Below, piece after piece: positions 23,804-24,000 of a stretch of DNA of 24,000 bases. The stretch comes from an uncultured Candidatus Saccharibacteria bacterium. Its GTDB lineage: Bacteria > Patescibacteriota > UBA1384 > 2-12-FULL-50-11. The DNA lies in the NCBI GenBank assembly GCA_964362925.1, contig CAYIGA010000002.1:4951-28950 (forward strand), given 5' to 3'. Numbering within the stretch: position 1 is the stretch's first letter; each line of letters begins with the position of its first letter. The notes below the pieces were generated by a model. The model was not told the DNA's origin and did not search any database. It saw only the letters and a list, made by a program, of their open reading frames with translations. Made by a program: the position numbers and the translations under genes.

Positions 23804-24000
23804 ATGACGCGGCGTTCGTTTGGGGAGATGCGAGAGTTTCTTCGCAATAATCCCCAGTTCCGGCGAGAGAAGAAAGAACCTCCCTTTCGTAGCGAGAAGG
23901 TTCTGGCGGAAATGCTTAACGAGATGTTGAGAAGAGCAGACCCGCTAATCACAGATGTCGAGCTCGCCGCCGACGGCGGTGGCATTGATCAAAGCGTGGT
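23804..24000 (+). CDS. Hypothetical protein, 5' partial (runs off the window end)
   Basis: ATG 23804 has AGGAGGA (23793-23799) 5 nt upstream, and the frame stays open for 65 codons to the window end: MTRRSFGEMREFLRNNPQFRREKKEPPFRSEKVLAEMLNEMLRRADPLITDVELAADGGGIDQSV. It is absent from the ORF track because it has no stop. No family was recognised. Confidence 0.45.
   Translation, partial: MTRRSFGEMREFLRNNPQFRREKKEPPFRSEKVLAEMLNEMLRRADPLITDVELAADGGGIDQSV

Noticed and set aside
23773-23985. 70-aa minus-strand ORF at the window end
   Set aside because: The translation is Ser/Arg-rich and low complexity. The opposite strand has an SD-led open frame, so this is most likely its antisense shadow.
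1-24000. Search for tRNA, rRNA, transposase/IS elements and known defence-system genes
   Set aside because: No T-loop (GGTTCGAATCC-type) or rRNA-like segment lies in any intergenic region. No transposase-like ORF or terminal-repeat-bounded gene cassette was seen, other than the efp repeats reported above.

Overview
All calls come from reading the sequence and ORF translations by eye; no searches were run. The window is a gene-dense bacterial chromosome segment, roughly 48-50% GC by eye. The number of pilin-like proteins and the compact housekeeping genes carrying odd terminal tails suggest a Patescibacteria/CPR-like organism, which is a low-confidence inference.

(1) 20-9065 (+): a tightly coupled five-gene type IV pilin-like operon. 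Four proteins carry class III (prepilin) signal peptides. The fifth is a 1689-aa protein with a PilX-like N-terminal anchor and Kelch-like blades, a candidate pilus tip adhesin. No assembly ATPase, platform or prepilin peptidase gene lies in the window.

(2) 9180-12152 (-): a xer-like tyrosine recombinase, then rpsF, ssb, rpsR and efp. The efp gene is bracketed by a 76-bp inverted repeat matching at 75 of 76 positions.

(3) 12242-13431 (+): two PAP2-like membrane phosphatases.

(4) 13437-14909 (-): a Phd/YefM-like domain fused to about 400 aa of Pro/Ser/Gln-rich sequence containing 54-bp tandem repeats.

(5) 14985-18475 (+): an M16 peptidase, ndk, a WecA/MraY-family transferase and a PH-domain-like membrane protein.

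(6) 18492-23145 (-): a polytopic membrane protein with a pilin-like core, then dnaE.

(7) 23305 to the window end (+): rpmA, a GC-rich structured spacer, and the start of an unknown ORF.

Most notable: the pilin plus giant adhesin module; a 7-nt tandem repeat tract at the 5' end of the first pilin gene, a possible phase-variation switch; the efp-flanking inverted repeats; and a roughly 22-nt motif conserved at the nucleotide level but read in two different frames inside the C-terminal tails of housekeeping genes. No rRNA, tRNA or CRISPR array was recognised.
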